Assembly (NCBI GenBank): GCA_038087875.1
Contig: CM075994.1
Span: forward strand, 5,830,001-5,894,000
Direction: 5' to 3'
DNA from: Malacoraja senta
Taxonomy: Eukaryota
Length of the DNA stretch: 64,000 bases
A program made the translations under genes and the position numbers. The notes beneath the pieces are model-generated. The model was given only the letters and a program-made list of their open reading frames with translations. It did not search any database and was not told the origin of the DNA. Shown here piece by piece: positions 25,526-40,150 of the stretch (its first letter is position 1; every line of letters begins with the position of its first letter).

Positions 25526-26523
25526 GGTGAAACGTCCATCCATGGATGGATCGTAGAAAGTATCCTATCAGATGGCATCACAGCTTAATTTGGCAACATG
25601 TCTTCCCAAGACTACTACAAATTGCAGAGTGTCGTCCATCACACAACCCTCCCAAGGTGCATTTAATCAAACCACCCACCACCCCAACCATCCATTGACT
25701 CCATCCAGTGTCCTCGCTCACTCGGAATGCAGCCAAATAATCAATGACTATTTTCTCCCACCCTCGCACAAGCCAAGGGCGTAGTCCCAATATTCCAAAC
25801 TGCTCAGTGTCGGCCTTGCACTATTTATCTGCTCTTCCTCTGTAACTGTGAATTTGGGGCGCAGTATTCCGCATTATCTCTATATATATTACATTACATG
25901 TTGTACTAGTGTGTTATTTGTGCTCGTGTATGATACAATTTGATGGATGGTAAGCAAATGTTTGTTTTAATGTATCCCGGCACACGTGACAAATACATCA
26001 TAATACCAATTTCTTCTAGTTCCCCTCCTTTTCCATGAAAAACTTGCAATGCGCAGTAATCGCTGTATAGCATTGATGCAAAACATCCTAAATCTTTTAC
26101 TGGAATTCAATGGCATATTGCTCATGTTGATGAGTTGCAATGGAGTCAGTATTGCAGGGAAAAAATAGTGGTAAGCTTTTTCCTCAGCTGCGCCGTGAAG
26201 AATGGATGGTATTGACTGTCTTCCCAATATTGTTCACTGGTTACCTTTATGTCAAATGGATGATGGGTACAAAATTGACATAGTTTAGTTATGCGTCTTT
26301 ATTTCGTTCAATAACAAGATTGACTTGAGCATTGTCCCGCCTTCTCCCACCTTGCTCGCCATGACAAAAGCGGAGGCTAAAATGAAAACCGCATATATTA
26401 TAATTATTTGCTAAAGTTATAATAAATTATTTGCTAACATTAGAATAATTAGACGAAGGCCATCGTGATATGAGGATATCGCAAAATGCTTTGGGTGACA
26501 TATTAAACTTACTTTCTTTCCAG

Positions 26524-26559
26524 AAATCACCAAATTAAAAAGACAGTTAAATGACATCG
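26524..26559 (+). CDS. Microexon 10 (36 nt, EITKLKRQLNDI)
   Basis: cttactttctttccAG|AAATCACCAAATTAAAAAGACAGTTAAATGACATCG|GTagga. Confidence 0.9.
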
Positions 26560-27134
26560 GTAGGAACTGCTGCATATGTACACTAACGTCATCGTTCTAG
26601 ATAAATTATTGGCCGTAAAATATTCAGGGAGAATTGAAAATAACTATTGGAGATATTTAGCATTTCCGCCACTGACAGAGAACTAAAATTAATATTGCAG
26701 CTAAACTACCTTTCATTAAAAAGTGGAAAGATGACGTAGAACTATCCCGTTTCTCTCCGCGGAGATGTTTTCTGTCGTTCTGAATATGTTCAACAATTTT
26801 GTACTTGCCCTGCAGATTTGCATTGCTTAGCTCCATGGACTATTTGAAAATGCAATTTTGTGGCTGTCAGAGCATGAAATGAAATGCAAAATGTACATTC
26901 TTAATAAGTCAGTAAATTGTTTTAATTAGTTTTAGCTATTTTCAACATGTACAGTATTCACTCGGGACCTATAACGCTAACATGACTGCCAAGTGAAACA
27001 TATAATATAATAATCTCGCATGCTAGTTGACATCTTGTATAGATATTGCAGTTATTTAAATAAAGCAATGAAGAATGTATTGGCTGAACTTTTCCACAAT
27101 ATAATCATTATATTTTCCACGCATGCAAAAACAG

Positions 27135-27152
27135 AGAGAGATAAGGACAATG
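27135..27152 (+). CDS. Microexon 11 (18 nt, ERDKDN)
   Basis: gcatgcaaaaacAG|AGAGAGATAAGGACAATG|GTaaag; paralogous to exon 9. Confidence 0.85.
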
Positions 27153-28675
27153 GTAAAGGAATAATTATATAAAATATTTTCAAATAATTTTATCTTCATA
27201 ATCTACGAATAATTTCGTCTGCCAATCCGGGGCATACGGGATAAATATTTGATAATGAGCAAGCCTGTCTTCTACAGAATGTACTTTTTCTTGGCTTTAC
27301 TGGTACTACTTGGGCAATTTTACTTCCATTCAGAAATTTATAAAAGTTCATTTTACATTTCTACAGATCATTTAATTGAAACGACTTGCAATGTACGAAT
27401 GACATTGACTTGCGACGGTGATATATAATACTGATCGATTCCATCATGAGGAATATTGACCTGCACGTCCCGTTGCTGAATGAACATATTGGCAGATTGA
27501 CGTAAATGTTATCGCACAAAGAGGGCGTGCCGCTCACAGCTCGGTCTGCGGCAAGGTGGACAATCCATTAAGTTCATGTTCAGTCACCGTGCCAGACAGC
27601 AAAGAAAAACATGACAAATATGCTTTCGTTTTTGATGTAACGCAATACACAACTCCATTCTACTTTTATTGTTTTCCCTTTGTAACTTCCAGATATGAAA
27701 GAAACAATGCGACACTGATATTCACACTAAATTATAACTGCGTAGGGAAATTTCGCAAGGATCCAAGTGTAATTGCATTGTGTTTTCTCTTACTGTAATT
27801 CATTCTTTCATTTTGATGGGTACTAGTTATGCGAAAGTTATTGGGTCCTCTCTGGAATATAAAGCTGTCTTTTGTAAAGTGGATTGTTGTTTTAGTTTAT
27901 TATTCTGGTTCGATCAGCGGAAAATGCTGAGATTGCCTCGTTGCATTTATCATGCTGACAATAGGAAATGAAGGATTCACCTCTCGCATTATTGTTTCAT
28001 TAACACAAATGCACGAGTTGGCCAGGGAAGGGAGTTGAAATGTTAGCGTTCCAGGAAAGCAGTATTCAAGCATGATAACTGAACTCTTTCAAACCTGCCG
28101 TCAGTTTCATGCATTTACCGAGAAGCCATGTATAGATTCTTGCTAAATAAATAAAGTAGAGAAAGCAAAATAACAAATTAATATCTACAGACATAACAGA
28201 ACCCCAGGAGAACATTTAAGGGACATTTAGCTAATAACAAAGTCTAAGGGTCTGTGTTTAGAATGTCTACATTGCACGTCGGAATGCTTATTGAACACCA
28301 TGACGACATCCGCTGGTCACGCGAACCAACGGCAGATCATATCGGATAATTTGAATGAGATTGAAAATCGCAGAACCAATAACCGATTCGGCAAATCCTT
28401 TAAAGAAACGAATTGCATTAGCAACCTCAATGGTATGTAGGGAGATGGAAACTGGTACTCGGGAAATATTTGCATATTCAGAAGTCAAATTATCAACGGA
28501 GGAATTGTTGAAAAGTTGGCCTGGCCTGTGAAGAGACATTATCAAATTAATGTAAAAATATGTCTTGCTTCTGACTTATTTATCTGACTTATTTGTGCCC
28601 TGGCAATATAAATACAAGAAAGTATGCAAAAATGCAGTGAAATCTAATTATTCTAAATTTGTTTTTTTTTTTAAG

Positions 28676-28711
28676 AAATCGCAAAGCTGAAGAAAAATAT
28701 AAAATATTTAG
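28676..28711 (+). CDS. Microexon 12 (36 nt, EIAKLKKNIKYL)
   Basis: gtttttttttttaAG|AAATCGCAAAGCTGAAGAAAAATATAAAATATTTAG|GTgcga. Confidence 0.85.
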
Positions 28712-28778
28712 GTGCGATAGTTCTGCCCAGAGTTACCGAATTAACACTATTATTGAACAAATACGTAATATTTATATG

Positions 28779-29153
28779 CAGTACACCCTCGCAATGACGG
28801 GCGACGGGGGTGCGTCGGGTGATGTTTGTTATTGCCGATTTACCACTGCAACAGTGTAAGGAAGGTAAAGTTTAACACAAGGTCAGGAGGGAAGAAAAGC
28901 ACGGGGGTTAAACCAGGACGGAATTCATAGGTCTGGGAGTGGCATAGCCCCTGGACCTACAAGCCGCGCGCCAGGTACAGGCCTACTACTCATGCTGATT
29001 GCGCCATCCGCTCCGGCAATTGGAAGCACCTTGCGACAGCTCAATGGGTAACTGGCGGACGTGGGGGTGGGAAGGGGGGTGGGAGTTAGGGAGTGTCTTT
29101 CTGCTATACCAAAAATCCGCTATATGGAAGGCCGTTATGGCCAGTGTTTACTA
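28779..29153. mobile_element. Possible old pogo/Tigger-like MITE
   Basis: Degenerate inverted termini CAGTACACCCTCGCAATGACGG ... CCGTTATGGCCAGTGTTTACTA followed by TA. Confidence 0.4.
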
Positions 29154-29355
29154 TATTTGCAAATTGGTGGACTGCGTAACTTCAACGTTAATGTAGAACA
29201 CTTCTACACTAGGAAGCATGTGCAATAAAAATTTAAACATCATATTTGTCAGTGATGTATGGATTTGATCTTTGAAAAGTATTTTGACATTTTGTCTGTA
29301 TTGATTTAACTTAAAAAAAACTAATGAGTCAACTATGTAACTTTTACTTTAACAG

Positions 29356-29382
29356 AGGATTCGGCAACTGACAAAGATAATA
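29356..29382 (+). CDS. Microexon 13 (27 nt, EDSATDKDN)
   Basis: cttttactttaacAG|AGGATTCGGCAACTGACAAAGATAATA|GTgagt. Confidence 0.88.
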
Positions 29383-29906
29383 GTGAGTGGGATATATTTA
29401 TACATTACATTTTTAGGATTGTTTATTTCAGTAGTTGTGGCATAGGGGAGGCATAAGAAGCGAGTCTTCCATTCAACACATTTTGTGCAACAAATTTGAC
29501 GAATACGTCGAATAGAGGCAAATGGCAGGTTTCTTAATTTAACTTTGTCTTCGTCTTCTAATTAGTAATTACAGTACATGAGGACATCTTGATTTTAATT
29601 ATAACCGTACTTTTATTGTTTTCATTTTTTAAACATGTTGCGGAGAATCTCGTGGCGAGCCGCTTTCTATAACGACTGCATCCCGTTCGTTCAATGCATT
29701 CCCACCAAGCTATATAGTCGGAACTGTAGGATATGGACTACAAGGCGATGAAGAAATTATGTTAAACTTAGAAGCGAATGCCCCGGCGGCGGTCCTCCTA
29801 TCTAAATTGGGTGCCGGAGCCCGACGCGCCGCCGAGAGAACAAATTATTACGCGGGGTGTATTTAATCTTATATATTAAAACAAAAAAATGCTTTCTTTT
29901 TGTAAG

Positions 29907-29942
29907 AAATTACAAAACTGAAAAAAGATGCACTAACCTCAG
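29907..29942 (+). CDS. Microexon 14 (36 nt, KITKLKKDALTS)
   Basis: gctttctttttgtaAG|AAATTACAAAACTGAAAAAAGATGCACTAACCTCAG|GTacga. Confidence 0.87.
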
Positions 29943-30224
29943 GTACGAAATACTCCAAGAATAGTTCGAAATAACTTATTGTGGTTAAATAATGTATCGT
30001 TTAAATATCAGGAACTTTTACTAGTCGGCATATTTTCGGTGTTAATTCTTAAGGAGCAGAACAGATTACTTATCTGAAAGTGATACCTCACGTGATAAAA
30101 TATTTTATTCACGCAAAACTGCGCTATTCCAAACTTTAAAATGGCACCAATGCACATTGTATGGACACACGATGACGTAGCCACACATTAACGAATTATT
30201 TGTTTTTATATTTTCCCTCTATAG

Positions 30225-30251
30225 AAGACACAATAGACGACAAAGACTCGG
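30225..30251 (+). CDS. Microexon 15 (27 nt, EDTIDDKDS)
   Basis: ttttccctctatAG|AAGACACAATAGACGACAAAGACTCGG|GTaaaa. Confidence 0.88.
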
Positions 30252-30509
30252 GTAAAAGGAAAAACCGTTTTATACATTGTTGCTTGGAACATTAGTGCAT
30301 CTTTTAAATGTTGATTTAAAATGTGGCCATATCTGCAATTGTCAACACAATTACGTTTCTTTTTTATGTCCCCGGTAAATTCAGTGGTATTAACTTTAAT
30401 TAATTTGGAGTAAAATTCATTTGGTTCGCAATACCTTAAACCATGCACACTGCGTTCTTATTTCTTAACATTTCTACACCCTTCTCTCGCTCTAACTATC
30501 TGCCTGTTG

Positions 30510-31520
30510 GAAACGATGAAAAGAGATTCACTGGGATTTTACCTGGGTTAGCGAATTTGTGTTATAGATGAGGATGGATAGGGTGTGTCTAGTTTATTTC
30601 ACACGTAGTGGCGACCTTAATGGGGTGCACCATCTCACGAGGGGCATAGATAAAGTGAACAGTTTCCAAAACTGCATTGCACAGCCTAAAGGTGAGAGTG
30701 GAGCGATTTAACAAGGACCTGACAAGCAACGTTTGCATGTCGAGGGTAGCCCATATCTGGAATGAGCTGCCGCTGGAAGCCACAGAATCGGATGTATTCG
30801 CTCAATGGTCCAACAGGACTTTGTTGTCACGTGTACCTAAGTACAGTAACATTCGTTTTGGAGGGGGGGTTTGCATACACTTCAGCGACAATCCTATTAT
30901 TCATTCGGCAGAATCATGCTAAGTAGAAAAGTGTAAAAATGGCAGTCCTCACTGAGTCAGTACACAAGAATCGCCACCTTATATGCAGTCTGAATTGTAA
31001 AACATGTTAGAGTCTTACTTGGCCATAAAGCCTGCTTATTCTGACGGCAGCACGTGGGCGGACTCGCATGTGTTGTACTGTCCATGCGATGTGTCGATGT
31101 CATCTACCGCTGCACCGCTGTTCCTTGGCGCTGCACACCGCGTCCTGTACCCGATCTTATGGAGGTCCAGACTGCTTCAGCGTCTCCAGCGACCAACTCT
31201 GCAGACTCAATCACTCTGACGTATCCTCGACATCGGCCCATTAACGTTATTCTTTGCCTCTTGACGGCCGTCGCCGACCTAGAGCGCCTCAGAGAGCACC
31301 CAGCCCACTCGTCATCTTTTCTTCCGTCCGACGCTGCCGCCACCTTGAAGGGCATTGACGGCATTTAAAGGATATTTGGACAGATATATAGTCAGAAAGG
31401 TAAGAAAGAGCAACGGGCCGAATGCAGGGAAATTACACCAGCCCACTCTGCAAACGTGGTCGCCGTGGACCAGATGGGCCAGGGATCTGTTTCCGCGCAG
31501 TACAGCGATATGACATTATG
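30510..31520 (+). mobile_element. Old CR1 3' fragment split by a ~550-bp minus-strand non-coding retroposon (about 30795-31350)
   Basis: The CR1 remnant HSLKVR...WNELP resumes at about 31355. On the minus strand the insert begins TCAAGGTGGCGGC, similar to the CAAGATGGCG start of the Rex element. Confidence 0.5.
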
Positions 31521-32688
31521 AATCGTGTAGTACGCTGTGAGACCGTTACTTCTTGGTTCACGCTGTCATTTTGTGAAGAGGGGTTTCGCTTGTAGCCTTT
31601 GAGAACGTGCCCATTTTTAATCAGTTCTTCTCATCTGCAGACAATAATTCTGCAAGACTCTCTCCCACTGCTCGCACTCTATGGTCCCTGCTGCTGTCCT
31701 ACACTTTGACCATGCCCTGACCCAGACTCATTACTACAGACAAATGACATACCTCTAGCTGGCAAACAAGGTCAGGCTCCGAACCGCCGTGTGTGTATTT
31801 CGTCCATGGTGCTGCCTGACCCGCCGAGTTCCTCCTGCACTTTGTTTGTTGCTTCGTATCTTCGAACTTAGAAATCTCTCTCACGCTTTACCGCGTAACA
31901 ATGGAGGCTAGCAGCATTCCCTTCGTTCTTACCCCGTATGAGGGCCTTTGCTTAAGTAATGAAGTATCTATTATACTGACAATGGGTGAATACTACCAAG
32001 AATAGGAATCTCCGACTTTCCAGCATATAGCGCATGCAAGCTTAGGATGTATCGATTCATCTTCTAAGGTTGGAAGCTGTTGCTTGACATCTTCCAATGC
32101 CACTCTGACACCAACGGCACTCATGCCGCGGTAGCCCATCGTGGTTCTCTGGTATTATTGACAGCAGCATTGTTCACACTCAATTTTGCGATATTTGTCT
32201 ATTTCAAGTGTTTTCATTGATGTTAGCGATTGCTGCCACAACATCCCATGGTATTTGATTCAAGTCTCACTTTACATTGTTGCTCCAAGACGGGGTTCAG
32301 GGGTGATCGACGCCTTTCATCCGCATTTTGTAAAACGTATGTGGAAGATTAAGCAACGGTTTTGCGTGATGGCTGGCCATGCGCCAAATGTTTGGTTATT
32401 ACATTAAATGGAACCCACATTGCGATTCATCTCTAGTTTACCAACTGCGCGGTAATGATGGGGAAAACACTTTTATTTAACGTACGAATATGTTGGAGCA
32501 ATAATGTCCGACGGATTCGTAGAGATCAAGGATTATCTTCGAAAATATGTAGGTATTCTCATGGTGTGCAACTAAATGGCGAGAACAATATAATTTTAAA
32601 CAAGAAAATTGATGCCAATAAAAGGTGTACATTTGCTCAAAATGTATTTGCGCTAGTTCGGTATCTGTAGAATATATGTAACTCATTT

Positions 32689-35219
32689 CATAGAAACATA
32701 GAAACATAGAAAATAGGCGCGGGAGTAGGCCATTCGGCCCTTCGAGCCTGCACCGCCATTCAATATGATCATGACTGATCATCCAACTCAGTGTCCTGTA
32801 CCTGCCTTCTCTCCATACGCCCTGATCCCTTTAGCCACAAGGGCCACATCTAACTCCCTCTTAAATATAGCCTATGAACTGGCCTCAACTACCTTCTGTG
32901 GCCGAGAATTCCACAGATTCACCACTCTCTGTGTGAAAAATGAGTTTCTCATCTCGGTCCTAAAAGACTTCCCCCTTATCCTTAAACTGTGACCCCTTGT
33001 TCTGGACGTCCCCAACACCGGGAACAATCTTCCTGCATCTAGCCTGTCCAACCCCTTAAGACTTGTGTAAGTTTCGAGAAGATCCCCCCTCAATCTTCTA
33101 AATTCTAGCGAGTACAAGCCGAGTCTATCCAGTCTTTCTTCATATGAAAGTCCTGCCATCCCATGAATCAGTCTGGTGAACCTTCTCTGTACTCCCTCTA
33201 TGGCAAGAATGTTTTTCCTCAGATTAGGAGACCAAAACTGTACGCAATACTCCAGGTGTGGCCTCACCAAGACCCTGTACAACTGCAGTAGAACCTCACT
33301 GCTCTTATACTCAAATCCTTTTGCTATGAATGCTAACATACCATTCGCTTTCTTCACTGCCTGCTGCACCTGCATGCCTAATTTCAATGACTGGTGTACC
33401 ATGACACCCAGGTCTCGTTGCATCTCCCCTTTTCATAATCGGAAAACATTCAGATAATAGTCTACTTTCCTGTTTTTGCCACCAAAGTAGATAACCTCAC
33501 ATGTATCAACATTATACTGCATCTGTCATGCATTTGCCCACTCACCCAACCTATCTAAGTCACCGTGCAGCCTCCTAGCATCCTCCTCACAGCTAACACT
33601 GCCCCCAGCTTCGTGTCATCCGCAAACTTGGAGATGTTGCATTCAATTCCCTGACCCAAATCATTAATATACATTGTACATAGCTGGGGTCCCAGCACTT
33701 AGCCTTGCGGTATCCCCACTAGTCACTGCCTGTCATACTGAAAATGACCCGTTTACTCCTACTCTTTGCTTCCTGTCTGCCAGCCAGTTCTCTATCCACA
33801 TCAATACAGAACCCCAAATACCGTGTGCTTTAAGTTTGCATACTAATCTCTTACGTGGGACCTTGTCGAAAGCCTTGTGAAAGTCCAGATATAACACATC
33901 CACTGGTTCTCCCTTATCCACTCTACTAGTTACATCATCAAAAAATTCTATAAGATTCGTCAGACATGATTTTACCTTTCATAAATCCATGCTGACTTCG
34001 TCCAATGATTTCACCACTTTCCAAATGTGCTGCTATCCCATCTTTAATAACTGACTCTAGCATTTTCCCCACTACCGATGTTAGACTAACTGGTCTGTAA
34101 TTCCCCGTTTTCTCACTCCCTCCCTTTTAAAAATTGGGGTTACATTAGCTACCCTCCAATCCTCAGGAACTACTCCAGAATCTAAAGAGTTTTGAAAAAT
34201 TATCACTAATGCATCCACTATTTCTGGAGCTACTTCCTTACGTACTCTGGGATGCAGCCTATCTGGCCCTGGCGATTTATCGGCCTTTAATCCATTCAAT
34301 TTACCTAACACCACTTCCCGGCTAACCTGAATTTCACTCAGTTCCTCCATCTCATTTGACCCCCGGTCCCCTGCTATTTCCGGCAGATTATTTATGTCTT
34401 CCATAGTGAAGACAGAACCAAAGTAGTTATTCAATTGGTCTGCCATGTCCTTGTTCCCCAAGATCAATTCACCAGTTTCTGACTGCAAGGGACCTACATT
34501 TGTTTTAACTAATCTTTTTCTCTTCACATATCCATAAAAACTTTTGCAGTCAGCTTTGTATGTTCCCTGCCAGTGTTCTTTCATAATCTATTTTCCCTTT
34601 CCTAATTAAGCCCTTTGTCCTCCTCTGCTGGACTCTGAATTTCTCCCAGTCCTCTAGTAGGCTACTTTTTCTGGCTAATTTGTATGCTTCAGCTTTTGTT
34701 TTCATATTATCCCTAATTTCCCTTGTTATCCACGGATGCGCTACCTTCCCTGATTTATTCTTTTGCCAAACTGGGATGAACAATTGTTGTAGTTCATCCA
34801 TGCAGTCTTTAAATGCCTTCCATTGCATATCCACCGTCAACCCTTTAAGAATCAGTTGCCAGTCTATCTTGGCCAATTCACGGCTCATACCCTCAAAGTT
34901 ACCTTTCTTTAAGTTCAGAACCCTTGTTTCTGAATTAACAATGTCCCTCTCCATCCTAATGAAGTACTCAACCATATTATGGTCACTCTTGCCCAAAGGG
35001 CCACGCACAACAAGACTGCTAACTAACCCTTCCTCATTACTCAATACCCAGTCTAGAATAGCCTGCTCTCTCGTTGGTTCCTCTACATGTTGATTTAGAA
35101 AACTATCCCGCATTCATTCCAAGAAATCCTCTTCCTCAGCACCCCTGCCAATTTGATTCACCCAATCTATATGTAGATTGAACTCACCCATTATAACTAT
35201 TTTACCTTTGTTGCACGCA
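32689..35219 (-). mobile_element. CR1 LINE, 5'-truncated within the endonuclease domain, frameshifted
   Basis: ORF fragments 34550-35113, 34081-34584, 33733-33921 and 32872-33423; (CATAGAAA)n tail at 32689-32712. Confidence 0.93.
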
Positions 35220-35269
35220 AATCCAAATGCACATTATTCTGCAGGCGCACATCCCTGGAGGCCCTATGC

Positions 35270-35711
<442 letters not shown>

Positions 35712-36757
35712 TTCAACATGAATGAGCCCAGAGGCATTCGGGAGCTTAATGCGCCGAGGGGCTGGATACAATTCGTCCAGTTTATGTTATCGCCGAATGC
35801 CTTTCATTTCAATGATGTTCCTGCCTTTACAGGGTACTATATTCTGTATATTCTGTATTGTTTACGTTTGTTGTAAAATGTGTGGGTGATATTTATCAAA
35901 TATTTAAATACCATATAACCATATAACCATATAACCATAACAGCACGGAAACAGGCCATCTCGGCCCTTCAAGTCCGTGCCGAATACGTTTCTGTTATTT
36001 TAGAATGCTATTTATTTTCATGGAAATGTAAAGAAATGGGAGTTGCGTGGTCTGTCAAATGGAGTCAGCGAGCTGCGGGTGAGAGAGAGAACTGGTCACC
36101 AATCACGATCATCTCTCTCGTGGATCTCCGAGGAACTGAAGATTTATGTTCGTTGAAAGCACACTGCTGTAAAATGTTAACGCACTCCTGTGAGTTTAAT
36201 GGGAGGTAAGACTGGGGTACAAGTTGATGGAGTTAATTGGCCCACTGTTTTAATCCGAGCTTGATTGAGATAATGGCGAATACCGTATATCTCTTTATCT
36301 GAATGCCTTCGATCACCTTTAACTTGAAAAAATGAATATCCATGTCAGAACATGATGTTCCACGGCGTTTTACAGTAGGCCAAAGTGATTTATGTTGCAT
36401 GGATCTATACATTTGAATTGAGTAGCCGAAGTTAAAATACTACAGATATGAAAATGTCTTGAATTAAAATCAAGATGCTCTCCTACCCATCCCAGCGGGT
36501 CATCTAAGGTCGCTGGAATGGGTAGGAGAGCATCTTGAAGTACTGTTGTTATTATTTCTGGTGTCACCATCTGCAGTTGTTACTTTAATTCCATGAAGAT
36601 GTTTTTCATAACGAGTTTGGAGCCTCCTGCGGTTTTAATATTTATATATGTGAACTTAAATTTCTACATATTTCTTGGCCAGTCACTTTCCGACAGTGGA
36701 GATCATTCGATTAACACCAATCATTATCACGATAGAGATAATCGTGGAATCATGGAT

Positions 36758-37970
36758 AACCAACCTCATGGAAGGTTGGTTAAGAAGATTAAATTGTTGG
36801 GTATTAATGGTGGAGTAGCAGGATGGATTCAACAGTGGCTGAATGGGAGATGCCAGAGAGTAACGGTGGATGGCTGTATGTCAGGTTGGAGGCCCGTGAC
36901 TAGTGGGGTGCCTCAGGGGTCTGTGTTGGGTCCACTGTTGTTTGTCATGCACATCAATCATCTGGATGATGGTGTGGAAATTTGGATTAGTAAGTATCCA
37001 GATGATACTAAGATAGGTGGTGTGGTGGATAATGAAGTAGATTTTCAAAGGCTACATAGAGATTTAGGCCATTTCGAAGAGTGGGCTGAAAGATGGCAGA
37101 TGGAGTTTAATGCTGATAAATGTGAGGTACTACATCTCGGCAGGACAAATCAAAATAGGACGTATCAACCCTCTACCGTATATAAACGGTAGAGGGTTGA
37201 GGAATGCAGTTGAACAGAGGGATCCAGGAATAACTGTACATAGTTCCCTGAAGGTGGAATCTCATGTAGATAGGGTGGTAAAGAAAGCTTTTGGGGTGCT
37301 GGCCTTTATAAATCAGAGCATTGAATATAGAAGTTGGGATGTAATGTTAAAATTGTACAAGGCATTGGTGAGGCCAATTCTGGAGTATGGAGTACAATTT
37401 TGGTCGCCTAATTATAGGAAGGATGTCAACAAAATAGAGAAAGTACAGAGGAGATTTACTAGAATGTTGCCTGGGTTTCAGCAACTAAGTTACAGAGAAA
37501 GGTTGAACAAGTTAGGTCTTTATTCTTTGGAGCGCAGAAGATTAAGAGGGGACTTGATAGAGGTCTTTAAAATTATGAGCGGGTTAGACAGAGTTGACGT
37601 GGATAAGCTTTTTCCATTGAGAGTAGGGAAGATTCAAACAAGGGGACATGACTTGAGAATTAAGGGACAGAAGTTTAGGGGTAACATTAGGGGGAACTTC
37701 TTTACTCAGAGAGTGGTAGCTGGGTGGAATGAGCTTCCAGTGGAAGTGGTGGAGGCTGGTTCGATTTTATCCTTTAAAAATAGATTGGATGGGTATATGG
37801 ACGGGAAAGGAATGGTGGGTTATGGTCTGAGTGCAGGTAAATGGGACTAGGGGGGAGTATTTATTTTAAAAATAAAATAAAAAAAAAATGTTCGGCACGG
37901 ACTTGAAGGGCCGAGATGGCCTGTTTCCGTGCTGTAATGGTTATATGGTTATATGGTTATATGGTTATAT
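36758..37970 (+). mobile_element. CR1 3' fragment, (TTATATGG)n-tail subfamily
   Basis: [17 protein letters not shown] and RPILEYGVQFWSP motifs; tail at 37938-37970. An isolated inverted copy of the same 3' end lies at about 35910-35984. Confidence 0.92.
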
Positions 37971-39282
37971 AGTGAATGCTGTATATTAGCTCAGAAAAAC
38001 GTATACTTATCGCCGTGGATTGATGGCTGTCGAGTGTGGCCCAACTGATGATGAAAGGGTGGATAGCGTAGGCAGTGAACAACGATCAGTTAACTTAATC
38101 TTAATGGTATGGAAAATGTTACAATGTACCATGATAGACTAAATGGTCGACACCATGAAAATAAGATGCTAAACAGATTTAGTACGGATATATTAAATAA
38201 TTCGCAATGTGTTGGAGTTTATTGAATTTGTGGCACTTAGAGGAGACGGAGTATATTAATATAAATAGTGTACATTATTTCCATTTACAAATGTTAGTTA
38301 GTTAGGCAGAGCACAGGACATTGGGTAACAGGATGAGAGGGCACGGATTTGAGGGTAATGTACTGGCATGGACTGAAACTTGGTAGTACAGTATGAGTGG
38401 ATTAGCAATGACATAAGATGGCAACGTTGGCAAGGGCGTCGTTTATTTATCTCCGCACTTTGCCTTTCACAATGATTTCGGGAGAGGATATCGTGAACTA
38501 TAGCCATCTTTTCCAGCATTTATATATCTACTCCTAACTGACCGCGAGATGTTTGTGATGGTCTGCCTCCGTGACTGCTACAGTCTTCAGGTACGTGAAA
38601 CCCCACCATGCTGTTTGGGAGTGAACTCCGGGACTTTGAGCCCAAAACAGCGATGGAACGACGATATGGGTCCAAATCAGATGTGCGGCTCGGAGGGCAA
38701 AGTTCAGAGGGTAGTTTCATACATTTGCTCCCCAGGTCCTTCTTGGTGCATGGTTTTCTCCAGGGAGTGGTGTGAGTGGAGGAGGCAGCGGTGAGCAGGG
38801 GATGGTAATATTTTTTTTAAATCAGGATGTTGAGAACGTTGGTAGCGTACTTGAAGGTGCGATGTTTTCGCTTGAAAAAGGATGCAATATAATGGTTTCC
38901 TACAATAGGTTTTGGTGATTTGATACTGCATATATTAAAAGGTACGAGAGGGGATCGTATTGCCATTAAGAAACACATGTCTCCACATGCTGAAGGGAGG
39001 ATAGTTTCCCCTTACCGAGGATTATGGTACCTGACTTCAAGATAGTGAAAATGCTAGGATGTTTAAAAGTTACTTCTGATGTAGAGCAGTTGGCGCGCTG
39101 TTTCTTGGAGAGGTGTGAAACGTCCATCATTGAGTTACGAAACACAGGAAAAACAAGCGGAATTTGAAAATTAAAAATATCTTTGTGTACCAAATGTAAA
39201 GAATGGAATCAATTCTTTGAAGTGTTCGTGGGAATGCTTATAACGCTATTCTGTAAATTAATAAAATATATTTTCGTTGTAG

Positions 39283-39318
39283 AAATCAGGAAATTGATAT
39301 CCGACTGTGCATCGACAG
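39283..39318 (+). CDS. Microexon 16 (36 nt, EIRKLISDCAST)
   Basis: atattttcgttgtAG|AAATCAGGAAATTGATATCCGACTGTGCATCGACAG|GTaagg. Confidence 0.88.
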
Positions 39319-39666
39319 GTAAGGGAATGTACAAATCTCTATTGGAAGATCGAAATCGAGAAGGATTACTTTAATGAAATGCCAAGGATGCCTGTAATTA
39401 AAACATTTATATTGTTGAAAGTGACGACAGTCTTTTCCGTTCGTAAACACATTTGTGGATGCTAATATATATATATATATTAAAATAGGCAGTAAATCTG
39501 TAGTGTTCGAGAATGTATTCGGGAGAGCATATCGTGAACAAAGGAGCACTTACAATCAGCAAATTGTAATGTCACCGAGCATTTGGTTGGTACACGTTCG
39601 TATAAAAAGCAACAAAAAGAATAACGATTAATTACATTAGCTTTTCCTTTACTTTTGTATAAACAG

Positions 39667-39684
39667 ACGACGATCATAAAGCAG
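39667..39684 (+). CDS. Microexon 17 (18 nt, DDDHKA)
   Basis: tttacttttgtataaacAG|ACGACGATCATAAAGCAG|GTaagc. Confidence 0.87.
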
Positions 39685-40150
39685 GTAAGCACGTAATGGA
39701 GGGACCATAATTTAAAAAATATCTATAAATTCGCAATGAGTAGAATTATGTTTGATTTCCACGAGGAATATTGTCTAACGTGGATTCCTCTGTTCAATAA
39801 ACTTGTTGCGACTTAAAATAAAGCCTAATATCCTCATCGCACCATGCTGAGATAATATTCCTATTACGATCAGCCCCCAAGTTCTCTAATTATAATTTAA
39901 ATTCGTGCTTTTCTAAATCTGCCCATCAAAATAGACGTTGGTTGCGAAGCACATCTTTTGCGATTGTATTTCCGTTTTTCTTCGATCCAAATCTATTTAG
40001 ATTACCGATTATTTGTGGATTTTCAAAAAGTTGTAAGATGTTTTAATGTTGGGAAGAGGTTGGATCGGCCGGGACGTTTTTCTTTGGAGTGTAGGAGACC
40101 GAGGGGCTTGGATCAAGTGGGCGCTCAATATTATTTTCCCAGGACAGAAC

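Noticed and set aside
27367..27392. Candidate microexon (ctacAG|ATCATT...GCAAT|GTacga)
   Set aside because: 26 nt would shift the frame, and the peptide does not resemble the exon family.
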